DNA from: an uncultured Actinomycetes bacterium
GTDB taxonomy: Bacteria > Actinomycetota > Actinomycetes > Nanopelagicales > Nanopelagicaceae
Direction: 5' to 3'
Length of the DNA: 64,000 nucleotides
Assembly: GCA_903852815.1 (NCBI GenBank)
Contig: CAINRW010000104.1
Span: forward strand, 5,988 to 69,987
Shown: piece by piece, positions 28,210 to 37,587 of the stretch
Position numbering within the stretch: position 1 is the first letter of the stretch
Layout: each line of letters begins with the position of its first letter
The notes under the pieces: model-generated
The model's input: the letters and a program-made list of their open reading frames with translations, nothing else
Database searches by the model: none
Told to the model about the DNA's origin: nothing
Position numbers and translations under genes: made by a program

Positions 28210-29444
28210 ATTACGATTCCAAGCAAAGTGTCTATAACTTGACGCAAATCTTCATCGTTGCCTTCGACTTCAGTTTCGCTACTCTCTTCAGCCCATCTGT
28301 CGATTGCAGCCAAAGCAGTTGGAGTATCTAAATCATTACTCAAAGCTCGAATAACTGCATCAATAGTCGTTTCACAATTTCGGCCACCAGAAACAAAAGC
28401 TCTTCTCCATGTATTCAACCGCAGAGTTGCAGCGTCAAGAACGTCCGAACTCCACATACGATCAAGGCGATAATGCTGGGAAAGTAATGCCAAACGAATC
28501 GCCATAGGGTCGACGCCGGATTTAACCAACGTAGAAACAAAAACTAAGTTTCCTTTGCTCTTACTCATTTTTTCACCATCAAGACCAATCATGGCGCTGT
28601 GAACGTAGGTCGAAGCCAATTCCTTGCCAGTTAACGCACGGGCCTGCGACGCACACATTTCATGATGTGGAAAAATTAAGTCACTTCCGCCACCTTGGAT
28701 GTCGATGCAAGAAGCGTCGCTGGAATCTGGCTGTAAATACTTAAGCGCAATCGCTGTGCATTCAATGTGCCATCCGGGGCGACCAATTCCATGAACCGAA
28801 TCCCAACCAGGCTCACCTGGTCGCTGCGACATCCACACTAAACAATCGAGTGGATTTTCTTTACCAGCCAAAGTGGGATTTCCGCCGCGTTGCGAAAATA
28901 TTTCCGCCATCTCTGATTCATTTAAATGTGAAAGTCGACCAAATTCGCTCGATGAATAATTTCTAAAGTAATAATCCTTATCAATTGTATAGATAGTATT
29001 TGCGGAAATTAACTCTGTGATGGATGCACTGACTAAGTCAATCGATTCCACTGCACCGATGTAATGTTCTGGCGGCAAAATTCTCAAATCAAACATATCG
29101 CCGCGAAAAAGATCAATCTGCGAAGTAGCGAGTTCTTTCCAATCTTGGCCATCTCGTTGTGCGCGTTCTAATAGTGGATCATCAATATCAGTGATGTTTT
29201 GAACGTAAGAAACTTTGGCACCCGTGGCTTGCAGGTACCTATTAATCAAATCAAAGGTTAAGTATGTTGCTGCGTGACCTAGATGAGTTGCATCGTAAGG
29301 TGTTATTCCGCAGACGTACATACGATAGAGATTTTTAATTTGCAGAGCCTCGACGCTATTGCTTTTGGTATTTGTTAGTTGAAGTGTAGGAAGCGTCAAT
29401 CCTGCCTTAAGCGCAGAAAAGGCTGGACTTGGCCATGAATTCAT
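28206..29444 (-). CDS. mshC: Mycothiol ligase (cysteine:GlcN-Ins ligase)
   Basis: MYVCGITPYDATHLGHA, GRPGWHIEC, GGGSDLIFPHH, KMSKSKGNL. Confidence 0.93.
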   Translation of the reverse strand: MNSWPSPAFSALKAGLTLPTLQLTNTKSNSVEALQIKNLYRMYVCGITPYDATHLGHAATYLTFDLINRYLQATGAKVSYVQNITDIDDPLLERAQRDGQDWKELATSQIDLFRGDMFDLRILPPEHYIGAVESIDLVSASITELISANTIYTIDKDYYFRNYSSSEFGRLSHLNESEMAEIFSQRGGNPTLAGKENPLDCLVWMSQRPGEPGWDSVHGIGRPGWHIECTAIALKYLQPDSSDASCIDIQGGGSDLIFPHHEMCASQARALTGKELASTYVHSAMIGLDGEKMSKSKGNLVFVSTLVKSGVDPMAIRLALLSQHYRLDRMWSSDVLDAATLRLNTWRRAFVSGGRNCETTIDAVIRALSNDLDTPTALAAIDRWAEESSETEVEGNDEDLRQVIDTLLGIVI

Positions 29445-29468
29445 AGCGCAATCCTAGTTATATTGAAG

Positions 29469-30173
29469 TTAAAAGGCTGGCCAAGGAACCGCCGGCCAAT
29501 CAGGATTAGGGCGAGGCATCGAACCACTTTCGATCATTTTCTCCACTCTAACTCTTAAGGCAAGAATCTCAGTCTGCGTGAGATATGGCGATAAATCTAA
29601 ATCAACATCTAAGCCGTCGCGGATTTTATTGAGCAGAGAAATCTCTTGTCCGCTTAAAACATCGCCTGACCATTGCCACAGCACTGTGCGCAACTTGTCC
29701 TCTTCATGAAAGGTGACTCCGTGGTCGCAGCCAAATATTTTTCCATCAGGTGTCGGGAGTAGGTGACCAATTTTTCTATCGGTGTTGTTAATGATCGCAT
29801 CAAAAAAGGCGATATTTCGTAGCTCAGGAATATCCCGAGAGAATAAAACACCAAGATCTACGCTTTCGTCGATATCAATCCATTGTTGAACCATTCCGAA
29901 ACCATATGGACCATCTCGTAACAAAGTCGGTGGAACAATCGAAAGATCTAAAAATTCACTAACTAAATATGCAGCATATTCGCGATCAGCTAGCGTCCCA
30001 TCAGGAAAATCCCAAAGCGGGCGCTCCCCTGCAACTGGTTTATAAATGCACGCAGTTTCTCCAGCGACGGTGGTGACTTTGCCAAACAAAGTCGCATTCG
30101 AGGCATCAACGATTCGCCCAGTAACGCAAAGCTCACCTTCCTGTAAAAACTTCATGCTAACGGCGATATCCAT
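29469..30173 (-). CDS. SCO1664-family protein (PI3/4-kinase-like fold)
   Basis: YKPVAGERPLWDF, DAIINNTDRK.GH, DHGVTF, PAVPWP; syntenic with mshC. Confidence 0.85.
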   Translation of the reverse strand: MDIAVSMKFLQEGELCVTGRIVDASNATLFGKVTTVAGETACIYKPVAGERPLWDFPDGTLADREYAAYLVSEFLDLSIVPPTLLRDGPYGFGMVQQWIDIDESVDLGVLFSRDIPELRNIAFFDAIINNTDRKIGHLLPTPDGKIFGCDHGVTFHEEDKLRTVLWQWSGDVLSGQEISLLNKIRDGLDVDLDLSPYLTQTEILALRVRVEKMIESGSMPRPNPDWPAVPWPAF

Positions 30174-30672
30174 TTGCACGTGGACATAAATGGCCTCGAG
30201 GGTCGATTGGAATTGCACAAAAAGGACAAGGTAGCCTTCCAGCTTTTACGACTATGTCGGTCCGTGAAATAAATCCTTTTGCTTGGTCTATTCGTAAATT
30301 GAAACTTACTTGCGGGGCTGCATCCTCTGATTGATTAAGGAGTTCATCTGCTGAAAAAAGTTCAACAGCGATTGACTCTTTTTCCTCATTCCAAGCCAAT
30401 GAAATTGTTCCGATTGTAAAATCATTGTCGATGGGTTGATCTAGCATCCCATCATCGGGACTATGTTTGATGTTTTTGAGAAGTGGGTTGAGTTGAAATA
30501 TCTGTTTGAGTAAATCTTCTAATCTTTCTGAGAAAAGCATTGCTTGAGATTTTTCAACCTTCATACTTAAAAGCGTTTTCCCGCTTCGAATTTGTAAGAA
30601 AAATTCGCGCTCACCTGGCTGTCCGACCGTTCCAGTGATGAATCTATCGATGGATTCGAAACTCACATTCAT
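30157..30672 (-). CDS. DUF3090 family protein
   Basis: GTVGQPGEREFFLQ, VEKSQ, GRLPCPFCAIPIDPRGHLCPRANG. Confidence 0.88.
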   Translation of the reverse strand: MNVSFESIDRFITGTVGQPGEREFFLQIRSGKTLLSMKVEKSQAMLFSERLEDLLKQIFQLNPLLKNIKHSPDDGMLDQPIDNDFTIGTISLAWNEEKESIAVELFSADELLNQSEDAAPQVSFNLRIDQAKGFISRTDIVVKAGRLPCPFCAIPIDPRGHLCPRANGYRR

Positions 30673-31340
30673 CGCCCGCCACCGCCACCCAACAACAAGC
30701 CAGATTTAGTTTTCTTGGTAAAGATTGAATTCAATTCAGAACGGGTGTCGTTTAGGACTACTACTCGAGGTTTCATATCGTTGTATTCGATGACCGTTAC
30801 CGAGCATGGATCGATAACAATCCGTTGAAAATTATCTAGATGAGTCCCTAGTGCATTTGCAACTATGGCTTTAATAACATCTCCATGGCTTACAAGAACA
30901 GTTGGGGATGTATGTCTACCTTGGGTGATTTGCGAAACTGTCTTTACTGCACGCTGCTGCATGTGTGCGATTGATTCACCGCCTGGAAAGAGCATCGCAC
31001 TGGGGTAATTTTGTACGATTTTCCAAGATTTTGTTCGAGAGAGAGTTGAAAGTTTCTTTCCACTCCAACTTCCATAATCAACTTCATTGAGATCTTCATC
31101 GATAACAACTTTGGAAGAAATCGCGGCCGGCAGAAGATCCAGCCACGGTTGGATGGTTTGCAGACATCGAGGCATCGGACTAATTCGTATGCTCGCTGGA
31201 TTAAACGAACCTAAACGCTCGGCCAACCTCTTTGATTCGCTAACACCTTTCTCGGAGAGATTGTTGCCCGGCAGTCGTCCTGACAAAATGCCTTTGGCAT
31301 TTGCCTGCGAATGCGCATGTCGAATCAAAACGAGTTGCAT
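30669..31340 (-). CDS. Histidine phosphatase family protein (MSMEG_4193-like)
   Basis: LIRHAHSQAN, EVDYGSW, SHGDVIK. Confidence 0.88.
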   Translation of the reverse strand: MQLVLIRHAHSQANAKGILSGRLPGNNLSEKGVSESKRLAERLGSFNPASIRISPMPRCLQTIQPWLDLLPAAISSKVVIDEDLNEVDYGSWSGKKLSTLSRTKSWKIVQNYPSAMLFPGGESIAHMQQRAVKTVSQITQGRHTSPTVLVSHGDVIKAIVANALGTHLDNFQRIVIDPCSVTVIEYNDMKPRVVVLNDTRSELNSIFTKKTKSGLLLGGGGGR

Positions 31341-31391
31341 ATTGGAAAGGTTATCGCAGGTTTTCCTCTCACGCCTTGCTAAGGTCGCCTT

Positions 31392-32336
31392 ATGCAAATG
31401 CGAAAAGCTGGAGAAAGTGGTTTAACACTTTCTCGCCTAGGTCTTGGAACAATGACGTGGGGTCGTGACACCGATGAACACGAAGCTGCCGATCAATGTC
31501 GAGCCTACATAGATGCCGGCGGAAATTTTCTAGACACGGCGGCCACCTATGGAAATGGCGACAGTGAGCGTGTAATTGGTGGCTTAATCGGAACACTTTT
31601 TGATCGAGACGAAGTAGTCATTGCCAGCAAGGCGGGACTTTCATTTGTTGATGGTCATCGTTCGGTAAATAACTCACGCCACGCATTGATATCCGAACTC
31701 GATAAAACACTTACTCGACTTGGAACAGATTTCGTTGATATTTGGCAGATCCATATGTGGGATTCAGAAACTCCATTAGATGACACTTTGTCAGCACTCG
31801 ATTATGCATATACCTCGGGGCGCGCCCGTTACGTTGGTCTCTCAAATTTTAATGCCTGGCAAATAGCACGTGCGGCAACTAAACAATCATCAAACTCAGC
31901 TAAAGCGCCAATAACCACATCGCAAAGTGAATATTCACTTCTTAACCGCGAAGCTGAAGTAGAAATATTGGATAGTGCTAAAGCCTGTGGGGTTGGTTTT
32001 CTTGCATGGGCCCCACTTGGTAGAGGTGTCCTTAGTGGAAAATATCGCAATGGAATTCCAAGTGATTCCCGTGGAGCAGCGCCACACTTTGCAAAAGATA
32101 TTGCTCCATTTCTAGATGCCCGTTGCACGCGTATCGTGGACGCAGTCGCTGTGGCATCAACAGGTCTTGGTTACTCACCATTAGAAATTGCACTTTCATG
32201 GGTGCGCGATGCACCAGGTGTTACTAGCGCAATTATTGGAGCACGGACAGGTGCACAACTTCGCGGGTTATTAAAATCTGAGGAGATCTCACTTCCCGAT
32301 GTTGTCCGCGCAGCGTTAAATGATGTAAGTGCTTAA
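31392..32336 (+). CDS. Aldo/keto reductase
   Basis: LGLGTMTWG, LDTAATYG.G.SE, GRARYVGLSN, EYSLLNR, WAPLGRGVL. Confidence 0.92.
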   Translation: MQMRKAGESGLTLSRLGLGTMTWGRDTDEHEAADQCRAYIDAGGNFLDTAATYGNGDSERVIGGLIGTLFDRDEVVIASKAGLSFVDGHRSVNNSRHALISELDKTLTRLGTDFVDIWQIHMWDSETPLDDTLSALDYAYTSGRARYVGLSNFNAWQIARAATKQSSNSAKAPITTSQSEYSLLNREAEVEILDSAKACGVGFLAWAPLGRGVLSGKYRNGIPSDSRGAAPHFAKDIAPFLDARCTRIVDAVAVASTGLGYSPLEIALSWVRDAPGVTSAIIGARTGAQLRGLLKSEEISLPDVVRAALNDVSA

Positions 32337-33646
32337 GCGTGCTCTAGGAAATCCTTAAGCACTCTTACGCCGAAAGTTAGACCTTCAACTGGCACGCGTT
32401 CATCCACGCCATGAAATAGGGCCATGAAATCAAAATCTGCTGCCAATTTAAGTGGTGAGAAACCATAACCAATGATTCCTAGTTCTGCTAAAGCTTTATT
32501 GTCGGTTCCACCACTCATAACATATGGCACAGGAATTCCTTCAGCATCTTCTAACAAAATAGCGTTGCACATAGCTTCAACAAGATCACCTTCGAAAGGA
32601 AATTCAAGAGCTTTATCGGTCGTAATAGTTTCAATTGTTATATCTGGACCAATAAGTGAACGAATAGTTTCATTAAGTTCATCTTCGAAACCTGGAATAA
32701 ATCGTCCATCAACGACGGCACTTGCAGATCCTGGAATTACATTCGCTTTGTAACCGGCTTCAAGCATTGTTGGGTTTGCAGTGTTTTGCAGAGTAGCTCC
32801 AACCATTCTGGCCGCAAAACCTAACTCGGATAACAATGGAGTGAGATCTTCTTCGTTATATTCTTTACCAGTTTCAGCAGCAACTCGCTTGAAAAATGCC
32901 TTTACTGTCTTGCTATAACGTTGAGGCCATTGATGATTACCAATTTTTGCAACTGCCTCACTTAACCGTGTGAGTGCATTTTCATTATTAGTAACTGACC
33001 CGTGTCCTGCACGACCATGCGCAGTCAACTTCATCCAGTGAATACCTTTTTCAGCAGTTTCAATGAGATACAAACGTTTTCCGCCGGCAACAGTTACTGA
33101 GAAACCACCAACTTCAGAAACTGCTTCAGTGCAACCTGCAAACACTTCTGGATGATTATCGACCATCCAATGTGATCCATAAATGCTGCCCGCTTCTTCG
33201 TCTGCGAAAAATACTAAGACAATGTCACGCGTTGGTACGTAACCCGTGCGCGCCCAATCACGAACTGTCGCAAGCATCATCGCATCCATATTTTTCATAT
33301 CTACTGCGCCGCGACCCCAAATCATTCCGTCACGAATCTCACCACTGAAGGGATCAACTGACCAATCATCTGCATTTGCAGGAACAACATCTATGTGACC
33401 GTGTAACACCAAACCTGGTCTAGTTGCATCGCTGCCTTTAATTCGTGCAACGACATTGCAACGTCCAGGCGCTGACTCGTACATCTGTGCAGCAATACCT
33501 ACCTCTTGAAGTTGAGCCATCACATACAAGGCAACTTCCTTTTCATCGCCTTTTCCATCTCCGTAGTTAACAGATGGAATTCGGATCAACTCTTGGCAGA
33601 TTCGAATCGCGTCATTTTCTAATTCGGTGCGTGATGTTGTAGTCAT
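32333..33646 (-). CDS. M20/M25/M40-family metallopeptidase
   Basis: HGHIDVVP, GRGAVDMK, ADEEAG, GGTD, HGVDER. Confidence 0.92.
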   Translation of the reverse strand: MTTTSRTELENDAIRICQELIRIPSVNYGDGKGDEKEVALYVMAQLQEVGIAAQMYESAPGRCNVVARIKGSDATRPGLVLHGHIDVVPANADDWSVDPFSGEIRDGMIWGRGAVDMKNMDAMMLATVRDWARTGYVPTRDIVLVFFADEEAGSIYGSHWMVDNHPEVFAGCTEAVSEVGGFSVTVAGGKRLYLIETAEKGIHWMKLTAHGRAGHGSVTNNENALTRLSEAVAKIGNHQWPQRYSKTVKAFFKRVAAETGKEYNEEDLTPLLSELGFAARMVGATLQNTANPTMLEAGYKANVIPGSASAVVDGRFIPGFEDELNETIRSLIGPDITIETITTDKALEFPFEGDLVEAMCNAILLEDAEGIPVPYVMSGGTDNKALAELGIIGYGFSPLKLAADFDFMALFHGVDERVPVEGLTFGVRVLKDFLEHA

Positions 33647-33689
33647 TTCGCGATTCTCTCACCAAATTGCTATCCTTGCCCAGCACTTA

Positions 33690-33773
33690 GTCCGGGTGGC
33701 GGAATTGGCAGACGCGCTAGCTTGAGGTGTTAGTTCCCGCAAGGGATTAGGGGTTCAAGTCCCCTCTCGGACA
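33690..33773 (+). tRNA. tRNA-Leu(GAG)
   Basis: Acceptor GTCCGGG/CTCGGAC, D arm GGCGGAATTGGCAGAC, anticodon arm CTAGC-TTGAGGT-GTTAG, long variable arm TCCC-GCAA-GGGA, T loop GGTTCAAGTCC; CCA not encoded. Confidence 0.97.
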
Positions 33774-33774
33774 C

Positions 33775-34302
33775 ATGAAATTAGATGAAGCCCTAGGGCT
33801 CATCCGACCCATTCCAGATTACCCACACCCTGGAATCCTGTTTCAGGACATCACTCCTTTACTCTCCAATGGGGAGGCGTTTACAACCGTAACTCAGGAA
33901 CTTCAAAAACATGCCCTACCTCAATCAGTGATAGCTGGAATCGAGGCCCGCGGATTTATTTTCGCTAGCGCACTTGCTAACGCACTTAACTCGGGCTTTG
34001 TACCAATACGGAAAGCTGGAAAACTTCCACACACCACAATTTCTCAACAGTATGGACTTGAATATGGTGTCGATACTTTAGAAATTCATATTGATGCGAT
34101 TGCACAATCTCAGAATGTTTTACTCATAGATGATGTTTTAGCTACTGGTGGGACTATCGAAGCTGCAATTGAACTCATTCAAGAATTGGGCGGCAACGTA
34201 TATAAAGTTTTAGCATTACTCGAAATTACTGAACTAAAAGGTCGAGAGAGACTGGAGCAGAGATTTCCTGGTCTTTCACTAACCTCACTGATGCATACGT
34301 AA
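33775..34302 (+). CDS. apt: Adenine phosphoribosyltransferase
   Basis: PDYPHPGILFQDITPLL, GIEARGF, RKAGKLP, YGLEYG, PRPP motif LIDDVLATGGT. Confidence 0.96.
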   Translation: MKLDEALGLIRPIPDYPHPGILFQDITPLLSNGEAFTTVTQELQKHALPQSVIAGIEARGFIFASALANALNSGFVPIRKAGKLPHTTISQQYGLEYGVDTLEIHIDAIAQSQNVLLIDDVLATGGTIEAAIELIQELGGNVYKVLALLEITELKGRERLEQRFPGLSLTSLMHT

Positions 34303-34350
34303 CTCTGTTGCTCCATTATTTTTTGCCTGACCTATGGCAAGATGAGCATC

Positions 34351-34995
34351 ATGGCTGAGTTAATTTATTACTGCGGAACGATGGACAGTGGAAAATCAAC
34401 TTTAGCGCTGCAAACCGCCCATAATCACCAAAGCCGAGGCCGCTCTGGCGTTATCTTTACCAATAAAGATCGCGCCGGCAAAGGAATCATCTCGTCTCGC
34501 TTGGGACTTTCTAGTCCTGCCATTGAAGTTTCACCTGGAATGGATCTGCACAAACATGTGGTTGATTCACTCTCTTCAGGTGATCGCATTGATTACATCA
34601 TTTGTGATGAAGCGCAATTTTATGAAAGCATCCAAATTGAACAACTTGCAAGAATCGTCGATGGCCTTGGAATTGATGTCTATGCATTTGGAATCTTGAC
34701 GGATTTTCGCACTTCGCTGTTCCCGGGCTCTGCCAGATTAGTTGAACTCGCTGATCGTGTTAATACTTTACAAGTCGAGGCACTGTGCTGGTGCGGATCA
34801 CGAGCCACACATAATGCTCGTACAGTTGGTGGCGTAATGGTTATTGAAGGCGAGCAAGTTGTTGTTGGGGACGTTTCCCCTGGAAATGAAGTTGGCTATG
34901 AGGTTCTTTGCCGTCGCCACCATATGCGTCAAGTTACGGCGCGCGCTTCCAGAGCAGGTCACGTATCATCGCAACCTCTACCGTTTAAGGAGTAA
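34351..34995 (+). CDS. tdk: Thymidine kinase
   Basis: GTMDSGKST, CDEAQF, FGILTDFR, CWCG...LCRRH zinc site. Confidence 0.92.
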   Translation: MAELIYYCGTMDSGKSTLALQTAHNHQSRGRSGVIFTNKDRAGKGIISSRLGLSSPAIEVSPGMDLHKHVVDSLSSGDRIDYIICDEAQFYESIQIEQLARIVDGLGIDVYAFGILTDFRTSLFPGSARLVELADRVNTLQVEALCWCGSRATHNARTVGGVMVIEGEQVVVGDVSPGNEVGYEVLCRRHHMRQVTARASRAGHVSSQPLPFKE

Positions 34996-34999
34996 TTGA

Positions 35000-36040
35000 A
35001 TGCAGGTTCGTGGACTAGCCGCACAAAAGAGCGGTGACAATCTTTCACCTTTTGAATTTCAGCGCCGTGAGTTAGGCAATCACGATGTCGCTCTAGATAT
35101 TTCATTTGCTGGAATCTGCCATTCCGATATTCATCAAGTGCGTGAAGAGTGGGGCCCAGCGATTTTCTCCATGGTTCCTGGCCATGAAATTGCCGGCATA
35201 GTAACTGCAGTGGGTGCATCCGTAACGAAATTTAGTGTTGGACAAAAAATCGGTGTAGGAGTTTTTATCGATTCTTGTCGAACCTGCTCAAGTTGCCTAG
35301 CCGGTCTGCAGCAGTACTGCGAAGAGGGCATGACTGGGACTTACAACACTTTCGAACGCGATGGAAAAACCGTTGCATACGGTGGTTACTCCAATGGCTT
35401 TGTGATCAATGAGGATTATGCAGTTCATATTCCTGAAAATTTGAGTATGGCCGGCGTTGCACCTTTGTTGTGTGCAGGCATTACGTTGTATTCGCCGTTG
35501 CGCACGTGGAATGCAGGACCTGGATCTAAAGTGGCCGTTGTTGGTCTCGGTGGTCTTGGGCATATGGGGGTCAAATTCGCGGTAGCCCTGGGCGCAGAAG
35601 TTACTGTTTTGTCACACTCACCTGCAAAGCGCGACGATGCTTTAGCGATGGGTGCAACACATTTTGTTGATACATCAGTTGAAGGTTCTTTAAAGGCTTA
35701 TGAAAAGCACTTTGATTTAGTTTTAAATACCGTGAGCGCGCCATTAAACATTAATGATTATTTAAATCTTCTCAAACTCGATGCCACCCTTGTTGTCATC
35801 GGTCTTCCAGGAAAAGCTTATGAAGTAAATGCTGGAACTTTGCTCAATGGTCGCAGGCGACTAGCAGGTTCAATGATTGGTGGAATTCCACAGATGCAAG
35901 AGATGCTTGATTTTTGTGGTGTTCACAACATTACGAGTGATGTTGAAATTATTTCAGCGGATTATGCAAATGAAGCATATGAACGAACAATTGCAAGCGA
36001 TGTTAAATATCGCTTTGTGATTGATGCTTCTACTTTTTAG
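35000..36040 (+). CDS. Zn-dependent NAD(P)-dependent alcohol dehydrogenase (cinnamyl-ADH family)
   Basis: GICHSD, PGHE, CRTCSSC...C, APLLCAGIT, GLGGLGH, YRFVID. Confidence 0.92.
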   Translation: MQVRGLAAQKSGDNLSPFEFQRRELGNHDVALDISFAGICHSDIHQVREEWGPAIFSMVPGHEIAGIVTAVGASVTKFSVGQKIGVGVFIDSCRTCSSCLAGLQQYCEEGMTGTYNTFERDGKTVAYGGYSNGFVINEDYAVHIPENLSMAGVAPLLCAGITLYSPLRTWNAGPGSKVAVVGLGGLGHMGVKFAVALGAEVTVLSHSPAKRDDALAMGATHFVDTSVEGSLKAYEKHFDLVLNTVSAPLNINDYLNLLKLDATLVVIGLPGKAYEVNAGTLLNGRRRLAGSMIGGIPQMQEMLDFCGVHNITSDVEIISADYANEAYERTIASDVKYRFVIDASTF

Positions 36041-36771
36041 AAAAAGCTATGTATTGCAAGAGCAAATACTGGGGCTATTGCTAAAGCTGGAAGTAGATTT
36101 CCAACCGCGATATTTTTAATATTTAATAGACGCAAAGCGATTGCTACGAGCATGACGCCCCCGACAATTGTCATTGCATCGATTTGATATAAGGCCAGAA
36201 CTTGACCGAGACCTAAACCAATAAGCGTCCAAAAACCTTGATAAATGCCGACCGGAATCGCCGAAGCGGCTACTCCCCAACCAAGAGTTGATGCAAAAGC
36301 CATGGAGGCAAAGAAATCTAAAGTACTTTTTAACACCAGCTGATCTATCCCAGTGGACATGCCATCACTAATGCTTCCTAGAATTGCTAGTGGACCGATG
36401 GCAAAAAGTAGTGATGCCGAAACAAACCCTGCAACAAAATCACTGTCATCGGAGGCTTTAAATTTTCGTCGTAGCACTTCCCCAATGTTTTCTAAACGAT
36501 CTTCTAACTTTAATGCCGAGCCAATTAGGCCACCCACCAGTAAAGAAGCAAGAATGAGTAATAGCGGCCAACCTTTAGGTAGCGCGGCTTTAAAAGAGTC
36601 CGACCATAAAGGAATTAAGGCAGAAGCTGCACCCAAGAGAGTTGCTAAACCCAAAACATCTGTTAGCAAAGTTCGAACTTTATGGTTCAACCGATGCCCA
36701 ACAAGAATTCCAAGAATTGAACCGAGAATAATTGCTGCCAAATTAATTACTGTGCCAATTCCTGGGAACAT
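36037..36771 (-). CDS. DUF554 family membrane protein
   Basis: GTVINLAAI, GFVSASLLFAIGPLAILGS, KSTLDF. Confidence 0.88.
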   Translation of the reverse strand: MFPGIGTVINLAAIILGSILGILVGHRLNHKVRTLLTDVLGLATLLGAASALIPLWSDSFKAALPKGWPLLLILASLLVGGLIGSALKLEDRLENIGEVLRRKFKASDDSDFVAGFVSASLLFAIGPLAILGSISDGMSTGIDQLVLKSTLDFFASMAFASTLGWGVAASAIPVGIYQGFWTLIGLGLGQVLALYQIDAMTIVGGVMLVAIALRLLNIKNIAVGNLLPALAIAPVFALAIHSFF

Positions 36772-36821
36772 TTATGAAGAATACCTGAGCGTCGTAACCT
36801 CTGCTGCACTAGACTCCCCCA

Positions 36822-37490
36822 ATGCAATCGCGGCGCTTTATTGAATTTCTTCGACCTCACAAAAGTGTTCCCGTAACTTCATGGACCGCAACTTCACGTT
36901 GGGATTTATCTCCCTCTCGCGTGCTTATTCTTTTCGGTGGGCTCTTTATTTTTGGTATTGGCGACTCGCTCTTAATTCAGGGAAACATTGGAAATGCACC
37001 TTGGTCAGTGTTGGCGCAAGGCGTTTCTAAGCATCTGGATATAACTATGGGCTGGTCAACATTTTTAATGAGCGCACTTGTGCTTTTAGCTTGGATCCCT
37101 TTGCGTGAAAAGCCGGGGTTCGGAACGATTTCAAATATCATCATTATTGCTGCGGCAATCGAAGTTGGAGTCACTTTTATCCCACTTCAAAGTAACTACA
37201 TATCAGGCATCGGTTTATCTCTACTTGGAATAGGCATGGTTGGCGCGGCCTCAGCGCTATACATCACGTGTGGCTTAGGACCAGGACCTCGCGATGGACT
37301 CATGACCGGAATTCATCAAAAGACGGACATTCGCGTGGGTCGGGTCCGTTTTGCTATCGAAGCCACCGTTACCACCGTAGGTTGGCTCCTAGGCGGGCGT
37401 TTGGGCCTCGGAACCCTGCTTTTTGCGCTGCTCATCGGCCAATCAGTGGCGGTGGCTTTAGGTGTCGTTTCTCGTATTACCTCTAAGTAA
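36822..37490 (+). CDS. YczE/YyaS/YitT family membrane protein
   Basis: G..PWSVLAQG, EKPGFGT, GPGPRDGLM, LGLGTLLFAL. Confidence 0.85.
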   Translation: MQSRRFIEFLRPHKSVPVTSWTATSRWDLSPSRVLILFGGLFIFGIGDSLLIQGNIGNAPWSVLAQGVSKHLDITMGWSTFLMSALVLLAWIPLREKPGFGTISNIIIIAAAIEVGVTFIPLQSNYISGIGLSLLGIGMVGAASALYITCGLGPGPRDGLMTGIHQKTDIRVGRVRFAIEATVTTVGWLLGGRLGLGTLLFALLIGQSVAVALGVVSRITSK

Positions 37491-37587
37491 GAGTTAGGCT
37501 AAAAACCTCCCCACGGCATGTATTGGCCGATTTGCAATACACGGGGTCGCAAACACCCCCGATAACAAAATCAGAAAGGCACTTGTC

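Noticed and set aside
33690-33773. tRNA-Leu as an occupied integration site
   Set aside because: No duplicated tRNA 3' end and no integrase nearby; apt follows immediately.
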